Part shown: one piece after another, positions 32,231 to 41,908 of the stretch
Numbering within the stretch: position 1 is the first letter of the stretch
Layout: each line of letters opens with the position of its first letter
DNA from: an uncultured Planctomycetota bacterium
Lineage (GTDB): Bacteria; Planctomycetota; Planctomycetia; Isosphaerales; Isosphaeraceae
Length of the DNA: 64,000 nucleotides
Reading direction: 5' to 3'
NCBI GenBank assembly: GCA_963737655.1
Contig: CAVTTN010000002.1
Coordinates: 5,440,001-5,504,000, forward strand
Made by a program: the position numbers and the translations under genes
Notes under the pieces: generated by a model
What the model saw: only the letters and a program-made list of their open reading frames with translations
The model's database searches: none
Told to the model about the DNA's origin: nothing

Positions 32231-33996
32231 ATGTCCGGTCGGGATGGGGGTTTGCGGTGTTGGCGGTCCCGTCGTCTGGTCGGGCTGGGGACCGGGTTCG
32301 CCTTGCTGGTGATCGCTGCGGCGGTGGTCCCTCCGTGGCTCTCGGCGGTCGTCCCGTGGGTGGCGGTCCGTCGGTGGATGACCTCCGCCCTGGAGGGATT
32401 GATCGACGTTTATCCGCTGATCGTGGCGGTTGGCGTCCTGGCCCTGGTCGGCACGGGCGCCGTCCTGATCCGGGGACGACGCTCGGGGCAGACTCGGCCG
32501 AGGCTGGCGAGGGTGTTCTCGCTGGGCCTGGCGACGCTCTTCGGCCTCGGGCTGGCCGAGGCGGGGGCGGGGGCCCGGCGGTCCTGGAAAAAGCCCGAGG
32601 TCCGGCCGTCCGGCGCCGATCGGCGGATGGAGGTGGTGGTCCCTCCGGTCCGGTTCGGGGAACGATCGGGCGATGGAGACCTCTGCGTGACGGTCCTGGG
32701 CGAGTCGAGCGCCGAGGGGCCCCTTATGAGATGCGGCTGTCGATGGGCAAGATCCTGGCGTGGAAGCTGGGCGAGGCGATCCCGGGCCGACGGTTCCACT
32801 GCGAGCCCCTGGCGTATCGCGGCGACACCCTGGAGCGTCAGCAGGGCCGATTGGACGGCCTGCCCCATCGCCCGGACTTGCTGGTGATTTATTGTGGACA
32901 TAATGAATTCGCCTCGCGCTACGCCTGGTCTCGCGAGGTGGAGTATTACCTCGACGAGAAACCCCCGACGAAGACGAGGGGCCTCGGCGGGGCGGCCCGG
33001 CGGTTCTCTCCCCTGTGCTCGTTGATGGACGAGGTGGCCGAGGCGCTGAGCGTGGCGACGCCCCCCCTGCCCCACGCTCGGCGTCCTCTGGTGGAGACGC
33101 CCAACTTCACGAAGGACGAGGCGGAGGCCCGCCGGATCGACTTCCGCCGGAGGCTCGACGCGATCCTCGACGGGTGCGAAACCTCGGGCATCCCGGCGGT
33201 CGTGGTGATCCCCCCGGCCAACGATGCCGACTTCGAGCCCAGCCGCTCCTTCCTGGCGCCGACGACCCCCCGGGCCGAGCGCGACGCCTTCTCGGCCGAG
33301 TTCCGGGCCCTCCGGGGCCGCGAGGATTCCGACCCGTCCGGGGCGGTCGCCGGCTATCGCGGGCTGATCGGCCGCCACCCCGAGTTCGCCGAGGCCCACT
33401 TCCGCCTCGCCCGGTTGCTGGACCGTCGCAAGCTGGGCTCGGGGGAGGAGGCGTACGAGCATTACGTCGCCGCCCGGGACCGCGACGGCATGCCCATGCG
33501 ATGCAGCCGCGAATTCCAGGAAGAATGCCGGAAGGCGGCCCAGACGCACCACGTCCCCGTCGTCGATGGCCAGGCCCTCTTCCATCAGATCGGGCCGAAT
33601 GGCCAGCTCGACGACCATCTGTTCCACGACGCGATGCATCCGACCCTGCTCGGGCACGTCGCGCTGTCGCGGGCCGTCCTGGAGGCGCTCCGAGGCCGAG
33701 GCGTGTTCGGCTGGCCGGCGACGACGCCCGTCCCGGCCTTCGATCCCGCCTCGTGCGCCGAGCATTTCGGCCTCGGGATGAGCGAATGGCGGATCATCGC
33801 CGAGAGGGCCCAGGTGTTCTACCACTCGACCGCCCCCCTGCGGTACGACCCGACCGAGCGCTGGGCCAAGAAGAACGCCTACCAGGAGGCCGCGAAACGG
33901 ATTGCCGCCGGAAAGCCGCCCGAAAAGCTCGGCCTGCCGAACCTCGGCCTGCCGTCTCCGGCGAAATCGGCCGGGGGAAGCCCTCCCGGGGGATGA
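32231..33996 (+). CDS. Membrane-anchored SGNH/GDSL-like protein with TPR insert (frameshift near 32720)
   Basis: N-terminal TM helices; LGESSAEG block I, YCGHNEF block III, AEAHFRLAR TPR, DAMHP block V. Confidence 0.78.
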
Positions 33997-34117
33997 CCGG
34001 CCGCCGCCCCGGGCGAAATCGGACAAATGTCAGAGACACCCCTGGACCGGGCCTCGGGACGGCGTATGATCCCCTCGTGGGACAATTGTCCGAGGCGGCG
34101 GGACGGGGGGTCGTGCG

Positions 34118-35017
34118 ATGAGCAGGACGCGACTGGCCTTCTATGGTGTGGGGGCGATGGCGGCGATCGTCGCCGGTCTCGGCGGGCGGGCGCTGGTCGG
34201 CCGGGCGGGGACTCCGGCGCCCCTGGCGACGGTGGGGATCGTGCCGAGGGGCGGGTCGCTGATGATCTGCGGAGGGGGACCGCTCCCCGAGTCGGTCCGC
34301 CGCCGGTTCCTGGAGCTGGCCGGAGGGGAGAAGGCCCGGATCGTGGTGATCCCCACGGCGCTCTCCTGGGCCGAGTCCCCCGAGAACGACGCGAACTTCC
34401 TCAAGCCCTGGCGAGACCTGGGCGCCGGGTCGGTCACGACGCTCCACACCCGGGACCGCAACCGGGCCAACGACCCGCGGTTCCTCGCCCCGTTGCGCGA
34501 GGCCACCGGCGTCTGGATCACCGGAGGCCACCAGTCCCGGCTGGCCGAAGCCTATGGAGGAACGGCCGTCGAGCGAGAGCTCAAGGCGGTGGTCGAGCGA
34601 GGGGGGATCGTCGGCGGGACCTCGGCCGGGGCGGCGATCATGACGAGGGTCATGCTGGTGGAGGAGACGCCCGGGGCGCCTCTCGGACGAGGTTTCGACC
34701 TCCTCGAAGGGGCGATCATCGACCAGCACTTCCTCAAGAGGCGGCACCTGAAGCGGCTGATCGAGGCCACCGAAGCGAACCCCGGCCTGATCGGCCTGGG
34801 GATCGACGAAGGGACGGCCTTGCTCGTCCGGGGCCGCCGCCTGGCCGTCCTGGGCGATTCCTACGTGGTCCTCTGCCTCCCCAAACCGACGGAAAGCGGC
34901 TCAATCCGGGTCGAAATCCTCCGAAGCGGAGACGAGGCGGACCTGAACTCGCTCCGAGGCCCGGCGCCGAGGATCGTTTCGGGGTTGAATATCGACCATA
35001 TTTCAGTCAATGAATAA
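34118..35017 (+). CDS. Cyanophycinase (peptidase S51 family), probably exported
   Basis: ICGGG, VIPTA, WITGGHQ, GGTSAGA, IDQHF and GIDEGTA motifs; hydrophobic N-terminus. Confidence 0.9.
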   Translation: MSRTRLAFYGVGAMAAIVAGLGGRALVGRAGTPAPLATVGIVPRGGSLMICGGGPLPESVRRRFLELAGGEKARIVVIPTALSWAESPENDANFLKPWRDLGAGSVTTLHTRDRNRANDPRFLAPLREATGVWITGGHQSRLAEAYGGTAVERELKAVVERGGIVGGTSAGAAIMTRVMLVEETPGAPLGRGFDLLEGAIIDQHFLKRRHLKRLIEATEANPGLIGLGIDEGTALLVRGRRLAVLGDSYVVLCLPKPTESGSIRVEILRSGDEADLNSLRGPAPRIVSGLNIDHISVNE

Positions 35018-35153
35018 TTAAATGATCGATGGATAGTTCACACCATCATGAATCGGCCAAGATCCGCCGAAATCGATCGGAGGGGCGCCGCCTCGAACTT
35101 TCTTCCCCGATCCTCCGCTTTCGTCGCCGGGTTCGTCGCGGTAGATTGGCCGT

Positions 35154-35651
35154 ATGGAGACGGTCTATCTCGAAACGTCGGTCGTCAGCCATGCGACGGC
35201 TCGGCCGAGCGGCGATCCGGCCGTATTCGTGTTGCAGAGGCAGGCCCGAGAGTGGTGGGCGAGGGTGAGGCCGAGGTACTTCGTCGTCACGTCCCAACTG
35301 GTCCTGGACGAGGCCGCCCTCGGAGACCCGTCCGCCGCGGCCGAACGGGGGAAGCTGCTGGCGGATCTGCCCCTGGTCCCGATCGATCGCAAGGTCGAGG
35401 CCGTGGCCGAGGCGTTGATCGCCCGCTCTTTGATCCCCGAAAAGGCTCGGCTTGATGCGCTGCACGTTGCCGCGGCCGCCGTGGGCTCCGTACAATTCCT
35501 GTTGACCCAGAATTGTCGGCATATCGCCAATGCTCATGTTCTACCCCGGGTCTATCGCGCCCTGGACGATCTGGGCTACCCGGGACTTCTGATTTATACG
35601 CCCGCGGAATTCCTGGGAGGTCTCGACGATGACTCGGAATCCGATCCTTGA
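35154..35651 (+). CDS. PIN domain (VapC-like) protein
   Basis: VYLETSVVS, SQLVLDE, DALHVA, LLTQNCRHIANA and TPAEF motifs. Confidence 0.9.
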   Translation: METVYLETSVVSHATARPSGDPAVFVLQRQAREWWARVRPRYFVVTSQLVLDEAALGDPSAAAERGKLLADLPLVPIDRKVEAVAEALIARSLIPEKARLDALHVAAAAVGSVQFLLTQNCRHIANAHVLPRVYRALDDLGYPGLLIYTPAEFLGGLDDDSESDP

Positions 35652-35862
35652 GGAACTCCACGAGATCCGCGAGACGCTTCTGGCCGACGCGGGTGGTGAC
35701 CTCCAGCGCTTCTTGGCCGGCGTCCGCGAGCGTGAGGCCGCTTCCGGACGTCTGCTCGGGCCGTCGGTGGGGGCGGATTCCTCGTTGGCCCCGAGCGTGG
35801 CTGGTCCTTGCGTGGAGCCCTCGGTACTCGCCGTTGAGCCTTCGCGATCGGCTCCGAAATGA
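35629..35862 (+). CDS. Small protein overlapping the PIN gene, putative antitoxin partner
   Basis: NPILEELHEIRE...GGDL pattern often seen downstream of this PIN subtype. Confidence 0.65.
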   Translation: MTRNPILEELHEIRETLLADAGGDLQRFLAGVREREAASGRLLGPSVGADSSLAPSVAGPCVEPSVLAVEPSRSAPK

Positions 35863-35972
35863 CGACGGTTTGCGCTTCGAGCTCGTTCCTCGCCGGGTCG
35901 GGTGGTGGTTTCTCGGGCCGGATTGGGTATGATCGGCGGCTCGTTGGATCGATCCTCTTGCCGTGAATCGCG

Positions 35973-36332
35973 ATGACCAAACTTTGCCCGTATTGCGCCG
36001 AGGAGATCAAGTCCGAGGCGGTCAAGTGCAAGCATTGCGGGTCGTGGGTCGATGGTCGGCCCGAGGGGCCGGTTCATGCGATCGACTCGGCCCCTCATGC
36101 CGATCCGTCGGCGATGCCGTTTGCCAAGAGGCGGCTGGTCCGGTCGTCCTCGGACTCGATGATCTCGGGGGTTTGCGGGGGGATCGGGCATTACCTGGGG
36201 ATCGACCCGACGTTGATCCGGGTGGCCTATGTCGTGGGGACGATCTTCACGGCCGTGATCCCGGGGGTCCTGGTGTATCTCGGGCTCTGGCTGGTGATCC
36301 CCAAGGACATTCATGCGGGCGGGATCTCTTGA
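35973..36332 (+). CDS. PspC domain protein with N-terminal zinc ribbon
   Basis: CPYCAEEI...KCKHCG; LVRSSSDSMISGVCGGIGHYLGIDPTLIR; YLGLWLVIP. Confidence 0.9.
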   Translation: MTKLCPYCAEEIKSEAVKCKHCGSWVDGRPEGPVHAIDSAPHADPSAMPFAKRRLVRSSSDSMISGVCGGIGHYLGIDPTLIRVAYVVGTIFTAVIPGVLVYLGLWLVIPKDIHAGGIS

Positions 36333-36366
36333 TCGCCGACCCCCCGGGATGGGAGAATCTCCGGCG

Positions 36367-36636
36367 ATGACGACCCGGACCGGCCTGATCTTGCGGACGG
36401 TCGGCCCCCTGATCGAGATCCTCTGCCTCTCGGCCCTGTTCCGGCTGGGGGGCGAGGATCGCCCGATCGGCGGGTTCTCGCTCCGCGGCCTCCTGCTGAT
36501 GGGGATGGCCGCCGGGCTCGCGATGGTCGTGGCCGGGCTCGCCTTGCCGAGGAAGACGTACCGGTCCCGCAAGCCCTCCGACGACGAGGAAAACGGCCGG
36601 GGGCCCAAGGATACGGACATTCGCCTTCGCCTTTGA
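36367..36636 (+). CDS. Small two-TM hypothetical protein
   Basis: GGAG RBS; two hydrophobic helices and a charged tail. Confidence 0.6.
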   Translation: MTTRTGLILRTVGPLIEILCLSALFRLGGEDRPIGGFSLRGLLLMGMAAGLAMVVAGLALPRKTYRSRKPSDDEENGRGPKDTDIRLRL

Positions 36637-36763
36637 TCGGATCGAAACAGCACGGATCAGAACGGAACGACCACCCTTCTCTCCCGCCCTCGCGGCCTGA
36701 TCGCCCCGACCTCTCCCCCGGGCCGGGCCGCGAATCGTCCCATCCCGCAATCGTCGAGGTCCC

Positions 36764-37516
36764 ATGACGCCAGTTCCCCAGCTCGAGCGGGTCGATGGCG
36801 AGGGCGCCCTGGACGTCGGCCCGCCGAAGACGGCGGCTCGCGTCTATCGGTATTATGACCTGATCATGGCCGCGTTCGTGACGGTCCTGCTCTGCACCAA
36901 CCTGATCTCGGCGCCGAAGCGGGTGAGCCTCGGCGGGTTCACGTTCGGCGCCGGCGTGTTGTTCTTCCCGATCAGCTACCTGTTCGGAGACATCCTCACC
37001 GAGGTCTACGGCTACGCGAGGTCTCGCAAGGTGGTCTGGGCGGGGTTCGGGGCCCTGGTGTTCGCCACGATCGTGACCCAGGTGGTGCTGAACATGCCGG
37101 CCGACCCGTCGTGGAAGAACCAGGAGGCGTTCAAGGCGGTGTTCGGCGGGACGTGGCGGATCGTCCTGGCGTCGATGATCGGCTATTTCGCCGGGGAGTT
37201 CGTCAACTCGTTCACCCTGGCCAAGATGAAGGTCGCCACGAAGGGCCGGTTCCTCTGGATGAGGACCATCGGCTCGACGATGACCGGCGAGGCGGCCGAT
37301 TCGCTCCTGTTCTACCCCGTGGCGTTCCTCGGGATGCCCAGTTGGCCGGTCGAAAAAGTGCTCACGGTGATGGTCACGAACTACTGTTTGAAGGTAGCTT
37401 GGGAAATCCTGGCCACGCCGATGACGTATGGGATCGTCGGGTTCCTCAAGAAGGCCGAGTCCGAGGATTATTACGATATCCACACCGATTTCACGCCGTT
37501 TTCCCTCAAGACGTAG
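36764..37516 (+). CDS. yhhQ: Queuosine precursor transporter (VUT/YhhQ family)
   Basis: FPISYLFGDILTEVYGY, RIVLAS, GEFVN, LWMRTIGST, DS and TPMTY motifs. Confidence 0.92.
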   Translation: MTPVPQLERVDGEGALDVGPPKTAARVYRYYDLIMAAFVTVLLCTNLISAPKRVSLGGFTFGAGVLFFPISYLFGDILTEVYGYARSRKVVWAGFGALVFATIVTQVVLNMPADPSWKNQEAFKAVFGGTWRIVLASMIGYFAGEFVNSFTLAKMKVATKGRFLWMRTIGSTMTGEAADSLLFYPVAFLGMPSWPVEKVLTVMVTNYCLKVAWEILATPMTYGIVGFLKKAESEDYYDIHTDFTPFSLKT

Positions 37517-37668
37517 GGTGCATGAAATGCACCAACCACGCGGCGGCCACCGGGCCGCCTTCCTTTGTTCGCGTCCCCTGGTTTGGGTGGGTTGGGCGAA
37601 TCGCCCAGGGATCGGTAGGCGGCCCGGTGGCCGCCTCGGGTGAGTTTGGTGCATTTCATGCACCCTAC
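37513..37668. repeat. REP family 1 REPIN-like inverted element
   Basis: GTAGGGTGCATGAAATGCACCA ... TGGTGCATTTCATGCACCCTAC. Confidence 0.92.
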
Positions 37669-37678
37669 GGGTGATCTC

Positions 37679-38247
37679 ATGCTCACACTGCTGATGATGG
37701 TCGTCCTGGAGGGCCCCGCGACGAGCCGTTGCGGGCCGAGCTCAAGGCGATGGTCTCGGCCGATCAGGACGCCCGGAAGGCCGCGATCGCGTCGAAATTC
37801 GAGGACAAGAAGGCCATTGAGGCGATGCAGGCGATCGACCGGAAGAACACGACGAGGCTCAAGGCGATCGTCGAGGAGAAGGGCTGGCCGGGGAAGTCTC
37901 TCGTGGGCGAAGATGGCGCCCACGAGGCCTGGCTCCTGGTCCAGCATGCGGACCTCGACCGCCCGTTCCAGAAGAAATGCCTCGACCTGCTGAAGGAGGC
38001 CGTCGCCAAGGAGGAGGCCAAGGGCTCGGACCTCGCGTACCTGACCGACCGCGTCCTCGTGGCCGAGGGGAAGAAGCAGAGGTACGGGACGCAGTTCGTC
38101 GGCCAGGGGGACGCGATGAAGCCCTCGCCGATCGAGGACGAGGCGAACGTGGACCAACGGCGGAAGGAGGTCGGCCTGGGGACGATGGCCGAATATCGCG
38201 AGCGGCTCCGCCAGGTGTATCGAGCCGACCCGGCCAAGAAACCTTGA
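37679..38247 (+). CDS. DUF6624-type protein (frameshift near 37720)
   Basis: LRAEL...DQDAR, GWPGKSLVG, AWLLVQHAD, AYLTDR, QRYGTQ and VDQRR..VGL motifs. Confidence 0.82.
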
Positions 38248-38277
38248 GAACCCTCGACTCGAACGGAGTCCCCTCCG

Positions 38278-40115
38278 ATGTGCGGAATCGTCGGCTACAC
38301 CGGCCCCCACGAGGCCACCCCGATCCTCCTGGCCGGCCTGCGGAGGCTCGAATATCGCGGATACGACAGCGCGGGCGTTGCGATCGTCGCCGACGGCCGG
38401 ATGGACGTCCGCAAGAAGGCCGGTCGCGTCCGGATGCTCGAAGAGGCGCTCGACCAGGAGCCGCCCGCGGTTCGTGCGGGATGGGCCACACCCGATGGGC
38501 CACCCACGGGCCTCCCAGCGACCGCAACGCCCACCCCCACGTCGGCGGGACCGGCGAGGTCGCCGTCGTCCACAACGGCGTGATCGAGAACCACTCGGCG
38601 CTCCGCAAGGAGCTGGAATCCGAAGGGTTCCGCTTCCACACCCAGACCGATACCGAGGTCGTCGCCCACCTGATCGCCCGCGAGCTCCGCGACGACCCCG
38701 CGAATGACCTGTTCGCGGCCGTCCAGCGCGCGTTGCCCCACCTCGAAGGGACGTATGGGCTGGCCGTCGTCAGCCCGAAATCGCCGGGCCTGATCGTGGG
38801 CGCAAGGCTGGGCAGCCCGCTGGTCGTCGGCGTGGGCGAGGGGGAGCATTTCCTCGCCAGCGACGCCTCGGCGATCGTCCACCACACGCCCGACGTGGCG
38901 TACTTGCAGGATGGCGAGGTCGTCCGCCTCACGCCCGATGACTTCGAGATCCGCCATCGCGAGCGGGGGCCGATCACGCCGAGGATCGACCGCCTCGACT
39001 GGAAGCCCGACGCCGTCGAGCTCGGCGGGTTCACGCACTACATGCAGAAGGAGATCCACGAGCAGCCGGACACCGTCCGCGACGCCTGCCGAGGCCGCCT
39101 CCGCCGGGCCGAGGCCACCGCCCTCTTCGGCGGCCTGAACATGACCGCCCGGCAACTGCGGAGGGTCCGCCGGGTGGTCTTCGCCGCGTGCGGGACGAGC
39201 TGGCACGCGGCCCTCGTGGGCGAATACCTGATCGAGAGGCTGGCGCATCTGCCCGTCGAGGTGGAATACGCGAGCGAATTCCGATATCGGAACGCCCCTC
39301 TGGATGACCGGACGCTCGTGTTCGTCCTCAGCCAGTCCGGCGAGACGGCCGACACCCTGGGCGCCCTCCGAGAGGCGAAGAGGCGAGGGCACCCGACGTT
39401 GGCGATCGTCAACACGGTCGGGAGCACGATCGCGAGGGAGGCCGACGGCGGGATCTATCTCCACGCCGGGCCCGAGGTCGGCGTGGCGAGCACCAAGGCG
39501 TTCTCGGCCCAGGTGATGGTGTTGACCCTGCTCGCCCTCCAGCTCGGCCGGTTGCGGCACCTGCCCTATACCGACGGCCTCGCGGTCCTCGACGCCATCG
39601 AGGCGGCGCCCGAGGCGATCGCCGCCGCCCTGGCCACCGAGCCCGCGGTGATCGAGGCGGCCGAGGCGATCGCCGGGGGGCGGAGCGTCCTCTACCTCGG
39701 CCGGGACCTGCATTACCCGGTCGCCCTGGAAGGGGCGCTGAAGCTCAAGGAGATCAGCTATCTCCACGCCGAGGGCTACCCCACGGCCGAGATGAAGCAC
39801 GGGCCGATCGCCCTGATCGACCCCTCCACGCCGAGCATCTTCATCGCCCCCAAAGGCCCCCTGCACGCCAAGACGCTCAGCAACATCGAGGAAGTCCGGG
39901 CGAGGAAGGGGCCGGTCCTGTCCGTGGGGACCGAGGGAGACGACGCGCTGAGGTCGATCTCCGACCGCTTCCTCTCCATCCCCGACGTCCCCGAGGTCGT
40001 CCAGCCGCTGGTGGCCGTCATCCCGTTGCAGCTTTTGGCGTATCATGTCGCCAGGTTGAGGGGCTGTGACATCGACAAGCCGCGTAATTTGGCCAAGAGC
40101 GTGACGGTGGAGTGA
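38278..40115 (+). CDS. glmS: Glutamine--fructose-6-phosphate transaminase (frameshift near 38475, probable sequencing error)
   Basis: MCGIVG, LEYRGYDSAG, GHTRWATHG, HNGVIEN, SQSGETADT, VASTKAF, EGALKLKE, KHGP and PRNLAKSVTVE motifs. Confidence 0.97.
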
Positions 40116-40260
40116 CGCGGAGCGACGAGGGGAATCGGGCGAGGGGCGAGCTTCGCGAAGTTTTTGCTTGATCCGGGGCCGTGGGCTCCGGGACATTGGT
40201 TCGTGTCACCGAGGCCGCCGTTCGTCGGCCTCTCGACCGACGGTCCCGGGAGGCCGCTTC

Positions 40261-40584
40261 ATGTCCGCCCCGATCGCGACACGCATCAGTAAGAAGACGT
40301 TCGTCGTCAATCGCCAGAATTGCTTCTACGTCCGAGGCAAGAATTTCCTCAAGGCCAGCCTCGTCTCGGTCAAGGCCGACCAGTTCTCCTGGGTCCGGGT
40401 GTGGATGGACCCCGTGATCGACGACGATTGCGTCCTGATCCGGGGGATGCCCCGGTTCAACAACCTCCCTCAGCCGAAGCCGACCTCGACGACCCTCTCC
40501 GACGACCGGATCGTCATCACTCTGGCCGTCGGCGACAACGTCGGCGTCTATGACGTGGATGTGAAGTACAAATTCATCCCCTGA
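40261..40584 (+). CDS. Small single-domain IPT/TIG (Ig-like)-type protein 1
   Basis: GGAGG RBS; APIATRIS...FYVRGKNF...W...LIRGMP...RIVITL...VKY beta-strand pattern; no signal peptide. Confidence 0.6.
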   Translation: MSAPIATRISKKTFVVNRQNCFYVRGKNFLKASLVSVKADQFSWVRVWMDPVIDDDCVLIRGMPRFNNLPQPKPTSTTLSDDRIVITLAVGDNVGVYDVDVKYKFIP

Positions 40585-40618
40585 TCGAATCGCGGCCCCA
40601 AGCCCCGGGAGACGATCC

Positions 40619-40972
40619 ATGAGCGTGCCGAACCCGACCACGTTGACGGCGAAGAATACGGACGCGAAGTACACCTCGGGCTCCGACGGGGTGTTCTGGG
40701 TCGATGGGGACACCTTATTGCCCTATACGTCGATCCAGATCAACGAGACGAAGGCGAGCGGGTGGACCTGGACCGATATCTACATCGATACGGCGGCCTC
40801 GTCCGCGGCCCACCTGGTCGTCCACGCCACGCCGTGGGAGACGATGGGCGGAGGGACCGACGGCGACGAGTCCAAGGACCACCCGTTCCTGCCGGGGGAC
40901 GTGCTGATCGTGGTCAGCAACGACGACGGCGCGAGCACGACCAACCCCCACACCCAGATCACCTATTACTGA
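40619..40972 (+). CDS. Small single-domain IPT/TIG-type protein 2
   Basis: GGAG RBS; VPNPTTL...FWVDGDTL...W...VVHATP...PGDVLIVVSNDDG...ITYY. Confidence 0.68.
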   Translation: MSVPNPTTLTAKNTDAKYTSGSDGVFWVDGDTLLPYTSIQINETKASGWTWTDIYIDTAASSAAHLVVHATPWETMGGGTDGDESKDHPFLPGDVLIVVSNDDGASTTNPHTQITYY

Positions 40973-41068
40973 GCACGAAGCGCCCGATGAGGGCCGATCG
41001 CAGGGCCTCCTCGACGTTCGAGGTGGGCCTCCGCGCGGCCCGTCTATTCCCGGTGAGGAGAACGACCG

Positions 41069-41386
41069 ATGGCCCGGCCCGTCCTCAGCAAGATCGACAG
41101 CAGCACGGACTTTACCTGCGACACGGATACAACAATCCTGATCTCGGGGACCGACCTCGATCACCTCACGGGGGTGGAGATTTCGGCGACCAGTCGGGTG
41201 CACTGGGTGAAGAGTTCGTGGAGCTATCTCCAGAAAAGCAATCAGTTATCCGTCACGGCGATCCCCTGCAAGAGGCACAAGGATGATCTCCTGAAGAAAG
41301 GAGGAGTCCCGGGCGACGTGATCATCGTGGCCAGCAACAACGACGGGTCGGGGACGCTCGGCACCAACGCCACCTACACCGCCTGA
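41069..41386 (+). CDS. Small single-domain IPT/TIG-type protein 3
   Basis: GAGGAG RBS; RPVLSKI...ILISGTDL...W...LSVTAIP...PGDVIIVASNNDG...LGTNATY. Confidence 0.72.
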   Translation: MARPVLSKIDSSTDFTCDTDTTILISGTDLDHLTGVEISATSRVHWVKSSWSYLQKSNQLSVTAIPCKRHKDDLLKKGGVPGDVIIVASNNDGSGTLGTNATYTA

Positions 41387-41488
41387 TCCCGATCCGGGGC
41401 GGAACGGGCCCGGGCGCCCGCCCGTTCGGTGGTTTCGCCCCCGCGTGTCCCCTCTCGCCGAACCCCCCTCCGAAACCGAGGCCCGTCG

Positions 41489-41839
41489 ATGGCTCGCCCG
41501 AAGCTCACCATGATCTCCCCTCTCGATTTTCAGATCGATCAGCCGATCACCTTCACGATCGAAGGGGAGAATCTTGACGCCGTGAATTCCATCCATGTCA
41601 GCTCGACCCTGCCGGTCGATTCGCGAGGCCGAAACGTCGTGCAATGGGCAAGCATTCATATTCAAAATAATATGGACGGGAAAATCCGATGCACGGCGAC
41701 CCCGCACCGGGTCCAGCAGGTGATGGCCGGGTGCGAGGGGGTGCCCGTGGTCGCCGCCTTACCGGGCGACGTGATCGTGGTGGCCGACGGCGGCGGCGGC
41801 TCGGCGACTCTGGGCACCAACGCAACGTATAACGGCTAA
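41489..41839 (+). CDS. Small single-domain IPT/TIG-type protein 4
   Basis: RPKLTMISP...FTIEGENL...W...IRCTATP...PGDVIVVADGGG...LGTNATY. Confidence 0.72.
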   Translation: MARPKLTMISPLDFQIDQPITFTIEGENLDAVNSIHVSSTLPVDSRGRNVVQWASIHIQNNMDGKIRCTATPHRVQQVMAGCEGVPVVAALPGDVIVVADGGGGSATLGTNATYNG

Positions 41840-41907
41840 AATTCCGAACACCCGAGGGGACGGACCCTTCGTCCAGGAAGGGCCCGTCCCATTTCTTGTT
41901 CGGAATT
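41840..41907. terminator. Long hairpin between the convergent IPT4 and kinase A genes (possible bidirectional terminator)
   Basis: aattccgaaca..gggacggacccttc / gaagggcccgtccc..tgttcggaatt. Confidence 0.65.
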
Positions 41908-41908
41908 G

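Noticed and set aside
36637..36763. preQ1 riboswitch upstream of yhhQ
   Set aside because: I could not see a preQ1 stem-loop with an A-rich tail; an Rfam scan would settle it.
38278..40115. glmS as a pseudogene
   Set aside because: It is a normally essential gene with all motifs intact; a single indel fits the window-wide error pattern.
40261..41839. Small ORFs as RiPP precursor peptides modified by the kinases
   Set aside because: They look like folded beta-sandwich domains without a leader/core layout, the kinases lack lyase or cyclase domains, and no peptidase or exporter is adjacent.
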